Shown: in pieces, positions 50,306-59,513 of the stretch
Layout of the letters: each line of letters opens with the position of its first letter
Numbering within the stretch: position 1 is the first letter of the stretch
Source of the DNA: an uncultured Gemmatimonadales bacterium
GTDB lineage: Bacteria; Gemmatimonadota; Gemmatimonadetes; Gemmatimonadales; Gemmatimonadaceae
Direction of reading: 5' to 3'
NCBI GenBank assembly: GCA_963850905.1
Contig: CAWKMU010000003.1
Coordinates: 256,001 to 320,000, forward strand
Length of the DNA stretch: 64,000 nt
Notes under the pieces: generated by a model
Told to the model about the DNA's origin: nothing
The model's database searches: none
Seen by the model: the letters and a program-made list of their open reading frames with translations, nothing else
Program-made: the position numbers and the translations under genes

Positions 50306-51760
50306 ATGGCGCTATCGACCTCCACCGATGCCGACGTCGTGGCAACCGCGGCCGATCGACCGCCCGCGCTCGACGACACGGCGCTGCTGGGACATCCGCG
50401 CGGCCTGGGCCTGCTCTTTCTCGTCGAGATGTGGGAGCGGTTTTCGTACTATGGCATGCGAGCCCTGCTCGTCCTGTACCTCGTGCACGTGCTCAAATGG
50501 CACGACGCGGATGCCGATAATCTCTACGGCTGGTACACGATGCTCGCGTTCCTCACACCGCTGGGCGGCGGATACCTGGCGGACCGACTCATCGGGACAC
50601 GACGCTCGCTGGTCATCGGCGCGCTGGTCATCGCAGCGGGACAGTTCACGCTCGCGTTCCAGACCATGCCGACGTTCTGGCTCGGGCTGGCGCTCGTGGT
50701 CATCGGCACCGGCTTTTTCAAGCCGAACGTCTCGACAATGGTGGGGCAGATCTACCGGCCCGGTGATGGCCGACGCAATGCAGGGTTCACGATCTTCTAT
50801 ATGGGGATCAATATCGGCGCATTTCTCGCGCCCCTCGTCACGGGATGGTTCGCGCAGAGCGAGACAATGCGTGACGTGTTGACGCGCGCCGGCATCGATC
50901 CGACGCGCAGCTGGAGCTTCGGATTCGCCTCCGCGGGCGTCGGGATGCTGTGTGGCCTCGCCCTCTACCTCTGGTTCCGCGACAGATATCTGCCCGGCAT
51001 CGGCTTGCATCAGGGCACGGCACAATCGGCGAGCGGCGCGACCACCCTCCCGGCCGGGACAAAGTCGAGCGCGGGACCTGCGGGGCTGACGCCGGAGGAG
51101 AAGCGCCGCGTGCTCGCGCTCCTCATCATGTTTGTCTTCGTCGTGTTCTTCTGGGCCGTGTACGAGCAGGCAGGAAGCTCATTGAATCTGTTCGCGGAGC
51201 GCTACGTCGACCTTCGCGTCGGAAGCTCCAACATGCCCTCGAGTTGGTTCCAGTCCGCGCAGCCCCTGTTCGTCATCGTCCTCGCGCCGGTCTTCGCGTA
51301 CCTCTGGCGGCGGCTCCGCGACGTGAACCGTGAGCCGTCGACCCGTTTGAAGATGGCGATCGGCCTCGGTCTCATTGGATTTGGCTGCATCTTCCTCCTC
51401 ATCGCCGGGCGCGCCGTCGACGCCTGCCTCGGCCAACACGCCACGTCGTGCGCCGTCTTGAGCCCCGCATGGCTCACGCTCTTCTACCTATTCAGCGTGT
51501 TGGGCGAGCTCTGCGTGTCGCCGGTCGGCCTCTCGTATGTCACCAAGGTGGCCCCGGCCCGCTACATGGCGTTTCTGATGGGAGCCTGGTTCCTGACCAA
51601 CGCCAGCGCGAACAAGATCGCCGGCTGGTTGGCCGCGCTTGGCTCACACCTGCCACAAACGGTGTTCTTCTCGATTCTCCTCGTGATGTCGTTCACCGCC
51701 GCAGTGCTCCTGGTGCTGTGCATCCCCGCGCTGAAACGATTGACCGCCGGCGCCGACTGA
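50306..51760 (+). CDS. POT/PTR proton-dependent oligopeptide transporter
   Basis: GHPRGL, EMWERFSYYG, FYMGINIG and ELCVSPVGLS motifs. Confidence 0.94.
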   Translation: MALSTSTDADVVATAADRPPALDDTALLGHPRGLGLLFLVEMWERFSYYGMRALLVLYLVHVLKWHDADADNLYGWYTMLAFLTPLGGGYLADRLIGTRRSLVIGALVIAAGQFTLAFQTMPTFWLGLALVVIGTGFFKPNVSTMVGQIYRPGDGRRNAGFTIFYMGINIGAFLAPLVTGWFAQSETMRDVLTRAGIDPTRSWSFGFASAGVGMLCGLALYLWFRDRYLPGIGLHQGTAQSASGATTLPAGTKSSAGPAGLTPEEKRRVLALLIMFVFVVFFWAVYEQAGSSLNLFAERYVDLRVGSSNMPSSWFQSAQPLFVIVLAPVFAYLWRRLRDVNREPSTRLKMAIGLGLIGFGCIFLLIAGRAVDACLGQHATSCAVLSPAWLTLFYLFSVLGELCVSPVGLSYVTKVAPARYMAFLMGAWFLTNASANKIAGWLAALGSHLPQTVFFSILLVMSFTAAVLLVLCIPALKRLTAGAD

Positions 51761-52024
51761 GCGCAGCAAGAACCCGTCACCCGGCTGCGGCCAGCTCATC
51801 GTCGCGCCCAATCTCCTCCCGTGCAGAACGCCTGACTCTCTGGCGTTTTGCACGGTCCCCCGGTGTCGAGGCCTCGCGACAGCCGTCCCCTACGTCGTTA
51901 GCCGAGAACGATTTATAGTCCAGCTCGGTTGAGCACCGTCCTTGCCAAATGGGTCTGGGTTACCGAGTCGCCGGCGAGTTCCGGCGGCTGTATGGAATCA
52001 CGACACCAGCGGTGGGGATTTCAC

Positions 52025-52576
52025 ATGCGTCGCAGGACTTCGCATCTGGTCGCGGTGGTTGTCGCGGTGTTTGGCGCTGGTCTCGTGGCCTGCGTCGCAG
52101 ACCGCCAACCGCTCGCGCCACAATCCACGAGCGTCTCGTCCGCAGCCACACCGGCAGCGGTGAGTCAGCGAGGTGGCCTCGGCGACTCGCTGTCGTTCTT
52201 CGTTTGCAAGGGGAACACACCCGATAGCGGCTCCGCCGTGATTGGCCCGCTCGGCGGCCGGCTGACATTCGGTCCCCACGAGTTGGACGTGCCACCAGCC
52301 GCGTTGCTCGCGCCGACCAGGATCACGGCGCATACGATCCCCGGCGATACGATTGCCGTGCAGTTCGAGCCGCAAGGCACGCACTTCTTGCTGCCGGCGA
52401 CGCTGCAGCTGAGCTACGCGCAGTGCAATCCGCAGCCCACCGGCACGCTCTCGATCGTGTACGTGAACGATCCGCTGACCACATTGCTCGGTCTCATCGA
52501 GTCGATCCTGGACCCGAGTCAGAAGAAGGTCATCGGGCTCATCACGCACTTCTCCATGTACGTGATTGCCGAGTAA
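52025..52576 (+). CDS. Hypothetical lipoprotein (ZU5-like beta domain)
   Basis: Lipobox LVA-C; IGPLGGRL...LDVPPAAL...FEPQGTHF...THFSMY. Confidence 0.7.
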   Translation: MRRRTSHLVAVVVAVFGAGLVACVADRQPLAPQSTSVSSAATPAAVSQRGGLGDSLSFFVCKGNTPDSGSAVIGPLGGRLTFGPHELDVPPAALLAPTRITAHTIPGDTIAVQFEPQGTHFLLPATLQLSYAQCNPQPTGTLSIVYVNDPLTTLLGLIESILDPSQKKVIGLITHFSMYVIAE

Positions 52577-52592
52577 GGAGGACGGGCCGACC

Positions 52593-54206
52593 ATGGTCCC
52601 GCCGCCGCGAGGAGCCCGCCGGGAAGGGCTGAGTGCCGCCGAATCGGCGCTCACATCTGGCAAAGAGCACGAGCAGCGTGGTTGTCTCGACGACGCGGCG
52701 CGCGCCTATGCGGTGGCGGCGGCGAGTGCATCCGCCGCACCCTGGGACCTGGCTGCCAAAGCCGAGGCTCTCCGTCGCCACGCATCCATCAAGCGTCGGC
52801 GGCAGGATTTCGATGCCGCCCTCGAGCTCTGTCGCGAAAGCTGCGCTGTCGCAGCGGCCGTCCCCGACGTCGAGTTGACGGCGGAAGCGATGAACGGGTT
52901 GGGCGCCATCCAGCTCGAGCGCGGCGACACGGTCGCGGCACAAGCGACGCTCGAGCAGGCCTTGGTGCTCGGCGGGCAGCGGCCGGACCTGCGCGGGCGA
53001 ATCCAGCAAAACCTGGGAATCGTCGCGAACATACGCGGAGACTACAGTGCGGCGCTCGCGTGCTACGAGCAGTCGCTCGAGGCGTTCCGATTGGCCGGCG
53101 ACACGCGGATGTGTGCCGCGGCCTACCACAACCTCGGCATGATCAACGCCGATCAGGAACAATGGGCCGCCGCCGACCGCTACTTCGCAGCGACTCTCGA
53201 GATCGCCAATGCGCTGGGCGATCGACAGCTGCGCGGCTATGTGTTGCTCAATCGCAGCCGGGTCCATCTCGCGTTGCAACGCTACGAGGACGCGCGACGA
53301 AGTGCGGAAGAGGCCTTGCAGCTGTTCGATGAGTTGGGCGTACGGCGGGGCAGATCCGAAGCATACAAGTTTCTCGGCATGATCTACCGCGATACCGGCG
53401 CGTCCGCGCTCGCCGAGGCCCGCCTGCAGTCGGCGATCGCGATGGCGACGGAGAGCGGCGCCGTGCTCGATGAAGCCGAGGCCACTCGTGAGCTCGCGAT
53501 CCTGTACCAACGCCTCGATCGCAATCAGGAAGCCCTGCGGAATCTCAATTCCGCCCACCGTCTCTTCACGAGATGGGGAGCCCGGGCCAATGCGCTGGAC
53601 GTCGGCGGCAAGATGGCAGCGTTGGAGCGCATCTATCTCGACCTCGTGGCCGGGTGGGGCCGATCGATCGAATCCGCTGACGGATACACCTTTGGCCATT
53701 CCGAGCGGGTCGCCCAATACGCGGACGCGATCTCAGAGGCGCTCGGCTGGGACGAGTATGACCGCACCACCGTGCGACTGGGCGCGTATCTCCACGACCT
53801 CGGCAAGGTCCGCGTGCCGCATGAGATCCTGAACAAGCCCGGCCCGCTCACGCGCGAGGAGCGGGAGATCATGGAAATGCACCCATTGTACGGGCTCGAG
53901 ATGCTCGGATCGGTCGAGTTTCCCTGGGATGTCAAGACAATCATCCGCTCGCATCACGAGAAAATCGATGGGAGTGGATACCCCGACCGGTTGCGTGGAG
54001 ACGAGATCCCAGTCGCCGCCCAGGTCATTTGCATCGCCAATGTCTACGACGCGCTCACAAGCCATCGCACCTATCGAGCTGCCTTCCCGCACGACGCCGC
54101 ACTCGCCGAGATGCACGCCAGTCGTGCCTGGTGGCGGCACGAGGTGTATCAGGCGTTCTTGAATTCGGTCGCGCAACACCGGTCGGTCGCCAAGGTCGCG
54201 GCCTGA
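52593..54206 (+). CDS. TPR-repeat plus HD-GYP domain protein
   Basis: NLG-type TPRs; HSERV, HDLGK and HHEKIDGSGYP motifs; AAGGAGG upstream. Confidence 0.9.
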   Translation: MVPPPRGARREGLSAAESALTSGKEHEQRGCLDDAARAYAVAAASASAAPWDLAAKAEALRRHASIKRRRQDFDAALELCRESCAVAAAVPDVELTAEAMNGLGAIQLERGDTVAAQATLEQALVLGGQRPDLRGRIQQNLGIVANIRGDYSAALACYEQSLEAFRLAGDTRMCAAAYHNLGMINADQEQWAAADRYFAATLEIANALGDRQLRGYVLLNRSRVHLALQRYEDARRSAEEALQLFDELGVRRGRSEAYKFLGMIYRDTGASALAEARLQSAIAMATESGAVLDEAEATRELAILYQRLDRNQEALRNLNSAHRLFTRWGARANALDVGGKMAALERIYLDLVAGWGRSIESADGYTFGHSERVAQYADAISEALGWDEYDRTTVRLGAYLHDLGKVRVPHEILNKPGPLTREEREIMEMHPLYGLEMLGSVEFPWDVKTIIRSHHEKIDGSGYPDRLRGDEIPVAAQVICIANVYDALTSHRTYRAAFPHDAALAEMHASRAWWRHEVYQAFLNSVAQHRSVAKVAA

Positions 54207-54261
54207 TTCGAGGACTGGACGCAGGGGTCAGGGAACGACCACGGCGCTTGCTATCCAGCGG

Positions 54262-54286
54262 GTAGGGGCGACGCAATGCGTCGCCC
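54262..54286 (+). repeat. GTAG-type REP element
   Basis: Identical to the copy at 2400-2424. Confidence 0.85.
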
Positions 54287-54360
54287 GCCATTAGACGTCG
54301 GACGTTGGAAACAAATTTCGGAGGCCAGCCACGGTGCATCTCGTGGCCTCGAGATTTGTC

Positions 54361-54421
54361 TTCCAGCGTCCAGCGTCTAACCTCCAGCGTCCAGCGTCTA
54401 GCGTCTAGCGTCCAGCGTCCT
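54361..54421. repeat. Heptamer tandem repeat (CGTCYAG)
   Basis: About 8 degenerate units between convergent genes. Confidence 0.8.
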
Positions 54422-54426
54422 ACGCG

Positions 54427-56238
54427 TCACTGCGCGGGATATTCGAATATCTGCGTCGGCACCGACTGCGTGCGCGCGAGCGCGATGTCGCGCGGCTCGA
54501 TGTAGAATCGCTCGGACCCATTGGTACTCGTGAAACGCACAGTGAATCGGGCGTTGGGATCGGGCGTGACGGGAAAGGCGAAGTCGACCCGCCACAGTCG
54601 CTTGGAGTGGACCGGGATGGCGGCAAGCACGCTGAACCCGACGCCGACCGCGGTGGGCGAATTCACACCGTACGGGACCCCTTCTGCCCAGATGCGTCCA
54701 ACGTCGGCAAAGCCCGCCACGCCAATCTCGCCGATCGATTTCACGGGGCCCAGAAGCCAACGCGTCTCGAATCTCGTCACGCTGCGCTCGCCGCCGGCGA
54801 CCAGCGATCCTGCGAACCCCCGGACGCCACCTCGTGGATCGGCGAACGTGAGTGCGAACGGGACGTGCGAGTCGAAGCCGAGTGAGTACTCTTCGCTGAG
54901 CACCACCGTGTTGATGGGCACCGGCTTCCAGTACATGGCGCTCCGCCCCGCGACGAAAATGTCATCCCAGTTGCTCGAGGCGAGATCGTCGAGCGCTTCC
55001 CCGCTCGCTTGCGCAGCCAACAAGAAGCTCGATGATCCAATCCCCACATACCCGCCCGAGCCCAGGAACACGTCGTTTGTCGTCGAACCGAGCAGATGCA
55101 CGCTGCGTCCACCCACGACACCGATCTCTGTCCCCAACATGATGTCCTGCTCACCGCTCAACGCGTCGAACCCACGCACACGCAGGAAGCGGACATCTCG
55201 GACCCCGGCGATGACATTGATCCGGGTCGCGTTGAACTCCGAGTAGTGTGCGACGAGCCCCGGGTTCGTGTCCGGGCGGGTGCCTTCGCCGGGCGGCAAC
55301 AGCACCGGCTGCGACCCGGGCGCTTCCCGCTCATCGGAGATCGACATGCCGAAGAGGGCCAGGTGGCCGGGGCCACCCTGGACGCGACTCACGCCGCCCA
55401 GCTGCGCGAACCGGCGTCGCATGTCGAGATACGCCGGGAGCGGCGTTGCGGCGTTGAGGAATCCGACGTATGTCCGCCGCTCACCCGCTTGAGCGATCCA
55501 TCCGAAGCGTTGGAGGTCCGTGAAGAACGGATGGACGAATGTGCCGGTCCAGTATCCGCCCAGGACATCGCGCGTACCTTGCAGCGACAGCTCGTAGGGC
55601 CTGCCGAACACGGTGTAGTCCGTGATGCGGCCCGAGTATCGATCGCGAAGGCCTAGACCATCGGCCCACGCGCCGAGTACGCTCACTCCCTGGCCGCTAA
55701 AGTTCCCTTCGCCGAGCGTCGCCGCGGTGAAGTGCGGCGCCTGGCTGCGGACGGCGAGGCCGCCCTGGAGCGAAATTTCGTCCGCTGTGACGACGGCCAC
55801 ACGGACTCCCCCTTGCCCGTCGTCGTACGGCGTGACGCGGACCTCGGCCAGAAACGGCTGCGCGCGCAGGATGCGCTCCGACTCCTCACGCCGAAGCTCG
55901 GTGCAGGCCTCGCCGATATGCAGTGCGAGGAAATTGCGGATCACCTCCGGCCGCGTGACCGCGTGTATCGCCGTCAGCCCGCGCGCCAGCGGACGCCACG
56001 CACCTCCAAATCCAGCGTAGTAGGGGGCGCGGGGCTGGATGTCGATGGCGCTTACGATGCGGCCATCGCACGGACTCACCACGAGCGCGGTGTCCTGCGC
56101 CGCGAGAATGCCCGCCGGCACAGTCATACCGACGCCCACGGCAATCAGTATCGCTCCCGTCCACCAGGAGGTGACGGGATATCCTCGTTCGCGCGTGTGT
56201 TCCTCCCTGCGCCCTCGACCAGCAGCGTCCACCACCAA
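54427..56238 (-). CDS. Omp85/BamA-TamA-like outer-membrane protein
   Basis: POTRA-like TRPEVIR...ESERILR, EGNFSGQG, GGVRGF, FADVGRIW and RVDFAFP; start uncertain. Confidence 0.75.
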   Translation of the reverse strand: MVVDAAGRGRREEHTRERGYPVTSWWTGAILIAVGVGMTVPAGILAAQDTALVVSPCDGRIVSAIDIQPRAPYYAGFGGAWRPLARGLTAIHAVTRPEVIRNFLALHIGEACTELRREESERILRAQPFLAEVRVTPYDDGQGGVRVAVVTADEISLQGGLAVRSQAPHFTAATLGEGNFSGQGVSVLGAWADGLGLRDRYSGRITDYTVFGRPYELSLQGTRDVLGGYWTGTFVHPFFTDLQRFGWIAQAGERRTYVGFLNAATPLPAYLDMRRRFAQLGGVSRVQGGPGHLALFGMSISDEREAPGSQPVLLPPGEGTRPDTNPGLVAHYSEFNATRINVIAGVRDVRFLRVRGFDALSGEQDIMLGTEIGVVGGRSVHLLGSTTNDVFLGSGGYVGIGSSSFLLAAQASGEALDDLASSNWDDIFVAGRSAMYWKPVPINTVVLSEEYSLGFDSHVPFALTFADPRGGVRGFAGSLVAGGERSVTRFETRWLLGPVKSIGEIGVAGFADVGRIWAEGVPYGVNSPTAVGVGFSVLAAIPVHSKRLWRVDFAFPVTPDPNARFTVRFTSTNGSERFYIEPRDIALARTQSVPTQIFEYPAQ

Positions 56239-56358
56239 CCGGAGCTAAGTCCCTGACCCAGAGCGCATTCCAACCAGCCCTAGCCGTAACGCCAGGATAC
56301 ACCCCGGCCACCGTCACACAAGGCCGGTTGTGGTTGCTGTTCGTATATTGTCAGGGTC

Positions 56359-57138
56359 ATGCCTCGACACCCCGCAGACCAGGACGCCGAGCACCCGATC
56401 GTTGCAGTGACGGCCACGATCCGCACGGACGACGGTGTTCCGCGGGTGCGATTGCCGGCGGCGTACCTCGCGGTGCTAGAGCGGGCTGGGCTCGTGCCCA
56501 TCGTCCTTCCGCCATTCAACGGGACAGCATTGGAGGTGGCGGCGGCGGTCGGTCGCGTGCTCGACGCGGTCGACGCGCTCGTGTTGACGGGCGGCGAAGA
56601 CGTGGACCCTGCACGCTACGGCGCCTCGCCCGGTCCGCGCCTGGGCCCGACCAATACCGCGCGTGATGCAACAGAGATCGCCGCGGTCCTCGCGGCGTCG
56701 CAGCGAGGGCTCCCGACGCTCGCCATCTGCCGTGGCATCCAGGTGCTCAACGTGGCCCTCGGCGGCACACTGATTCAGGACATCCCCAGCGAACGACCAC
56801 ACGCACTTGGGCACGATCCCGATGCCCCGCGCGACACGCGCACGCACGCCGTTCGGGTGGTCGAGGGTTCGCGCGTCGCGCGAGCGCTCGGCGCGACGAC
56901 GCTGCAGGTCAACTCGGTGCATCATCAGGCGATCGACCGTCTCGCGCCTGGGCTCGTCCTGACGGCCACCGCGCCCGACGGGATCGTCGAGGCCGTGGAA
57001 AGCGCCGATGACGACCGCTGGTGGCTCACCGGCGTGCAGTGGCACCCCGAAGAGTTCGTGCGCGAGGACCACGCCCCCGACCACGGCCTCTTCGCTGCAC
57101 TGGCCGACGCGATCCAGACGTCAGGGGTTAGGGGCTAG
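56359..57138 (+). CDS. Gamma-glutamyl-GABA hydrolase-like peptidase C26 (class I glutamine amidotransferase)
   Basis: LTGGEDVDP, AICRGIQ, NSVHHQ and GVQWHPE motifs. Confidence 0.92.
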   Translation: MPRHPADQDAEHPIVAVTATIRTDDGVPRVRLPAAYLAVLERAGLVPIVLPPFNGTALEVAAAVGRVLDAVDALVLTGGEDVDPARYGASPGPRLGPTNTARDATEIAAVLAASQRGLPTLAICRGIQVLNVALGGTLIQDIPSERPHALGHDPDAPRDTRTHAVRVVEGSRVARALGATTLQVNSVHHQAIDRLAPGLVLTATAPDGIVEAVESADDDRWWLTGVQWHPEEFVREDHAPDHGLFAALADAIQTSGVRG

Positions 57139-57199
57139 GCCTCCGGGGCCACGGAGCCCACCGAAAACCGATCGGCGCACGGCGACCGGCCTCGGACCG

Positions 57200-57224
57200 G
57201 TAGGGGCGACGCTTTGCGTCGCCC
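57200..57224 (+). repeat. GTAG-type REP element
   Basis: GTAGGGGCGACGCTTTGCGTCGCCC. Confidence 0.85.
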
Positions 57225-57324
57225 GTCGTTGTGGTTCCCCCGGCCCCTGGCCCCCGACCCCGACCCCCCTGTGGTACCGTACAAGCCCCGAAACACGGCG
57301 TCGCCCCCACGCGTATTGTTATGT

Positions 57325-57579
57325 ATGGTCGAGATCGTTCTTGAGGGCGTACTGTTTATAGGGCTTGTCGCGACGATAGTGGTTGTCGCGGTCTTCGCTC
57401 TCCTCCAATTCACGCCACTCGGGCTGCGATTGCGGCAAGCCCGCAACCGCATCCTCATCGAGCAGGCAGCGGAGCGCACGTGCCCGGTGCACGGGCCTCA
57501 CGCTGCCACTGATATGGTGCTGCTCCCAAGTGGGGAGCGCATTTGCCCCGAGTGCTTTAAGGAGGTCGTCCATGACTAG
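57325..57579 (+). CDS. Small membrane-anchored Zn-ribbon-like protein
   Basis: N-terminal TM, CPVH...CPEC; its stop overlaps the next start. Confidence 0.7.
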   Translation: MVEIVLEGVLFIGLVATIVVVAVFALLQFTPLGLRLRQARNRILIEQAAERTCPVHGPHAATDMVLLPSGERICPECFKEVVHD

Positions 57580-58498
57580 CACCTTCACAAGTCGATTCTC
57601 ACAGATGCGATCCGCTGGCGGCGATGGCGGTGTTGGTCACACGACGCTCCGACTCGCCGGGATCGTCGTGGGTATCGTCGTCATGCTGCTGCTACTCCCG
57701 ACGACGGTGACATACATCCACCCGGGTCACGTGGGCATTGTGATCAGCCGCACCGGCGGCGGTGTCGAGCCCACGCCGCTCTCAGCCGGATTGCACACGC
57801 GGAATCCGCTGACGACCGGCATCGAGGAGTACCCCATCTACATGCAGACCCTCGTGCTCGCGAAGAGTCCGTCCGAGGGATTGCCCGACAACGAGGAAAT
57901 CAATGTCAATAGCGTTGAGGGACAGCCCGTTTCTCTGGACGTCGCGATGTCCTTCGAGCTCGACGCTGCGCAGGTGCCCGAGCTGTACAAGACCTTCCGC
58001 AATAACATCGAGACGATCCAGCACAACTACGTGAAGCAGACCATCCGACAGGCGTTGCAAACAGTCGTCGGCAGTGAAGCGATCGCCGACATCCTGGGGC
58101 CAAAAAAGGCAGAGGTGGTCACGCGCACGCAGGACATGCTGGAGAAGAACCTGCGGCCCTACGGTTTCCTGGTGAAGCAGTTCACCATCAACGAGATTCG
58201 CGCGCCGCAGTCGGTGATCGACGCGATCAACGCGAAGAACGTGATGCAGCAGGCGGCGTTGACGTCACAGAACGAGCTCCAGAAGAAACAGTTCCAGGCG
58301 ACCGGCGACTCCATCGAAGCCGCCGGCCACGCCAAGGCCATCCTGGGCGAAGCCGAAGCGCAGGCAAAGGCGAACCGATTGCTGTCCGAGAGCATCACAC
58401 CCAATCTCGTCTCATACGAGATGGCCAAGAAGTGGAACGGCCAGATGCCGCAAGTCTCCGGCAGCTCGATGCCGATGATACAACTGCCGAAGCCGTAA
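57572..58498 (+). CDS. SPFH/prohibitin (band 7) family protein
   Basis: TM, then IHPGHVGI, AINAK, AEAQAKANRLLSES and KWNGQMP; AAGGAGG RBS. Confidence 0.9.
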   Translation: MTSTFTSRFSQMRSAGGDGGVGHTTLRLAGIVVGIVVMLLLLPTTVTYIHPGHVGIVISRTGGGVEPTPLSAGLHTRNPLTTGIEEYPIYMQTLVLAKSPSEGLPDNEEINVNSVEGQPVSLDVAMSFELDAAQVPELYKTFRNNIETIQHNYVKQTIRQALQTVVGSEAIADILGPKKAEVVTRTQDMLEKNLRPYGFLVKQFTINEIRAPQSVIDAINAKNVMQQAALTSQNELQKKQFQATGDSIEAAGHAKAILGEAEAQAKANRLLSESITPNLVSYEMAKKWNGQMPQVSGSSMPMIQLPKP

Positions 58499-58536
58499 CT
58501 ACGGGGGCCAGGGATCAGGGGTCAGGGAACAAATCG

Positions 58537-58570
58537 GAAGGCCGGTCGCATCGCACAGCGACCGGCCTTC
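58537..58570. terminator. Probable bidirectional terminator hairpin
   Basis: GAAGGCCGGTCGC / GCGACCGGCCTTC 13-bp stem between convergent genes. Confidence 0.75.
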
Positions 58571-58616
58571 GTCGTTTGTTCCCCGACCCCTGACCCCTGA
58601 CCCCTGATCCCTGCCC

Positions 58617-59348
58617 TTAACTCACCATCCTCCACCGGGCTTCGTCCTGCACCTGACGGATGAGGCGCTCCGGACTATGCACGTTCGGAAATAAATACGC
58701 GTCGCTGACGCGATTGAGTGCGATGCGAAGCGTGCCGAATCGACGCGCCGCGGTGGTGAAGAGCGTGGCGAGTCCGTGTTCTTCTGCGAGGCGGTGCGAC
58801 GCGGCCAGCTCGTAGCCGCGGCGACCCATCTCTTCGTAGTAGTCGAGTGGTGGTGCGCCGCGCCGCGAGCGGCGTGCCTCGATGTAGTCCGGGAACATGC
58901 CACTCAACCACAGCGCATAGTTGCCCATGTGGGCCTGCACGAGGAACGCGCGGCGTACATCCGGGCCACTCGTTGCGCCTGTGAGGCCCGCGAGCGTGTC
59001 GTACTGCTCGTCATCGATGTCAGTCACTTTGCTCGCGCGGTCCCGAAGACCGAAGTGCATGATGATCGACGCGACAAAATCCGCCAGCACGCGATCGTGC
59101 TCTCCGACGCCACACAGCGCGTGCCGCACGATGACATAGGAGAACAGCGGATACGAGGCACACACGCCGGGACGACGCTCCAGGAGACCCGCGAGCAAAC
59201 GCGGGTCGTCGAGCAGCTCATCGAGTCCTCGGTCGCGCAGCGTCGCCTCCGCGCGATCGTATGCCGATTGGGATTCATGCCCGATCAACCGAAGAGCTAA
59301 TTGCGCATCGTCGCGTTTCAACGTGCGTCGGACGTTTGCATGGATCAT
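58617..59348 (-). CDS. Hypothetical helical protein
   Basis: GGAGG RBS; protein-like composition (GNYALWLSGMFPDYI...YYEEMG); function unknown. Confidence 0.75.
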   Translation of the reverse strand: MIHANVRRTLKRDDAQLALRLIGHESQSAYDRAEATLRDRGLDELLDDPRLLAGLLERRPGVCASYPLFSYVIVRHALCGVGEHDRVLADFVASIIMHFGLRDRASKVTDIDDEQYDTLAGLTGATSGPDVRRAFLVQAHMGNYALWLSGMFPDYIEARRSRRGAPPLDYYEEMGRRGYELAASHRLAEEHGLATLFTTAARRFGTLRIALNRVSDAYLFPNVHSPERLIRQVQDEARWRMVS

Positions 59349-59513
59349 GGTTCCTCCGTCGTCGCCGTGCCGACTACTGCGCTTATACACCGAACGTGCC
59401 ACGCCCGCTGGCCACGTGGGCGATTTAGTAGGCGACGATTGCACGGCGAGCGCGAAACAGCATGTCACAGTTTGTGTAGCACTCGTTGGAGATGAGTGCT
59501 GACGGATGTCGTC

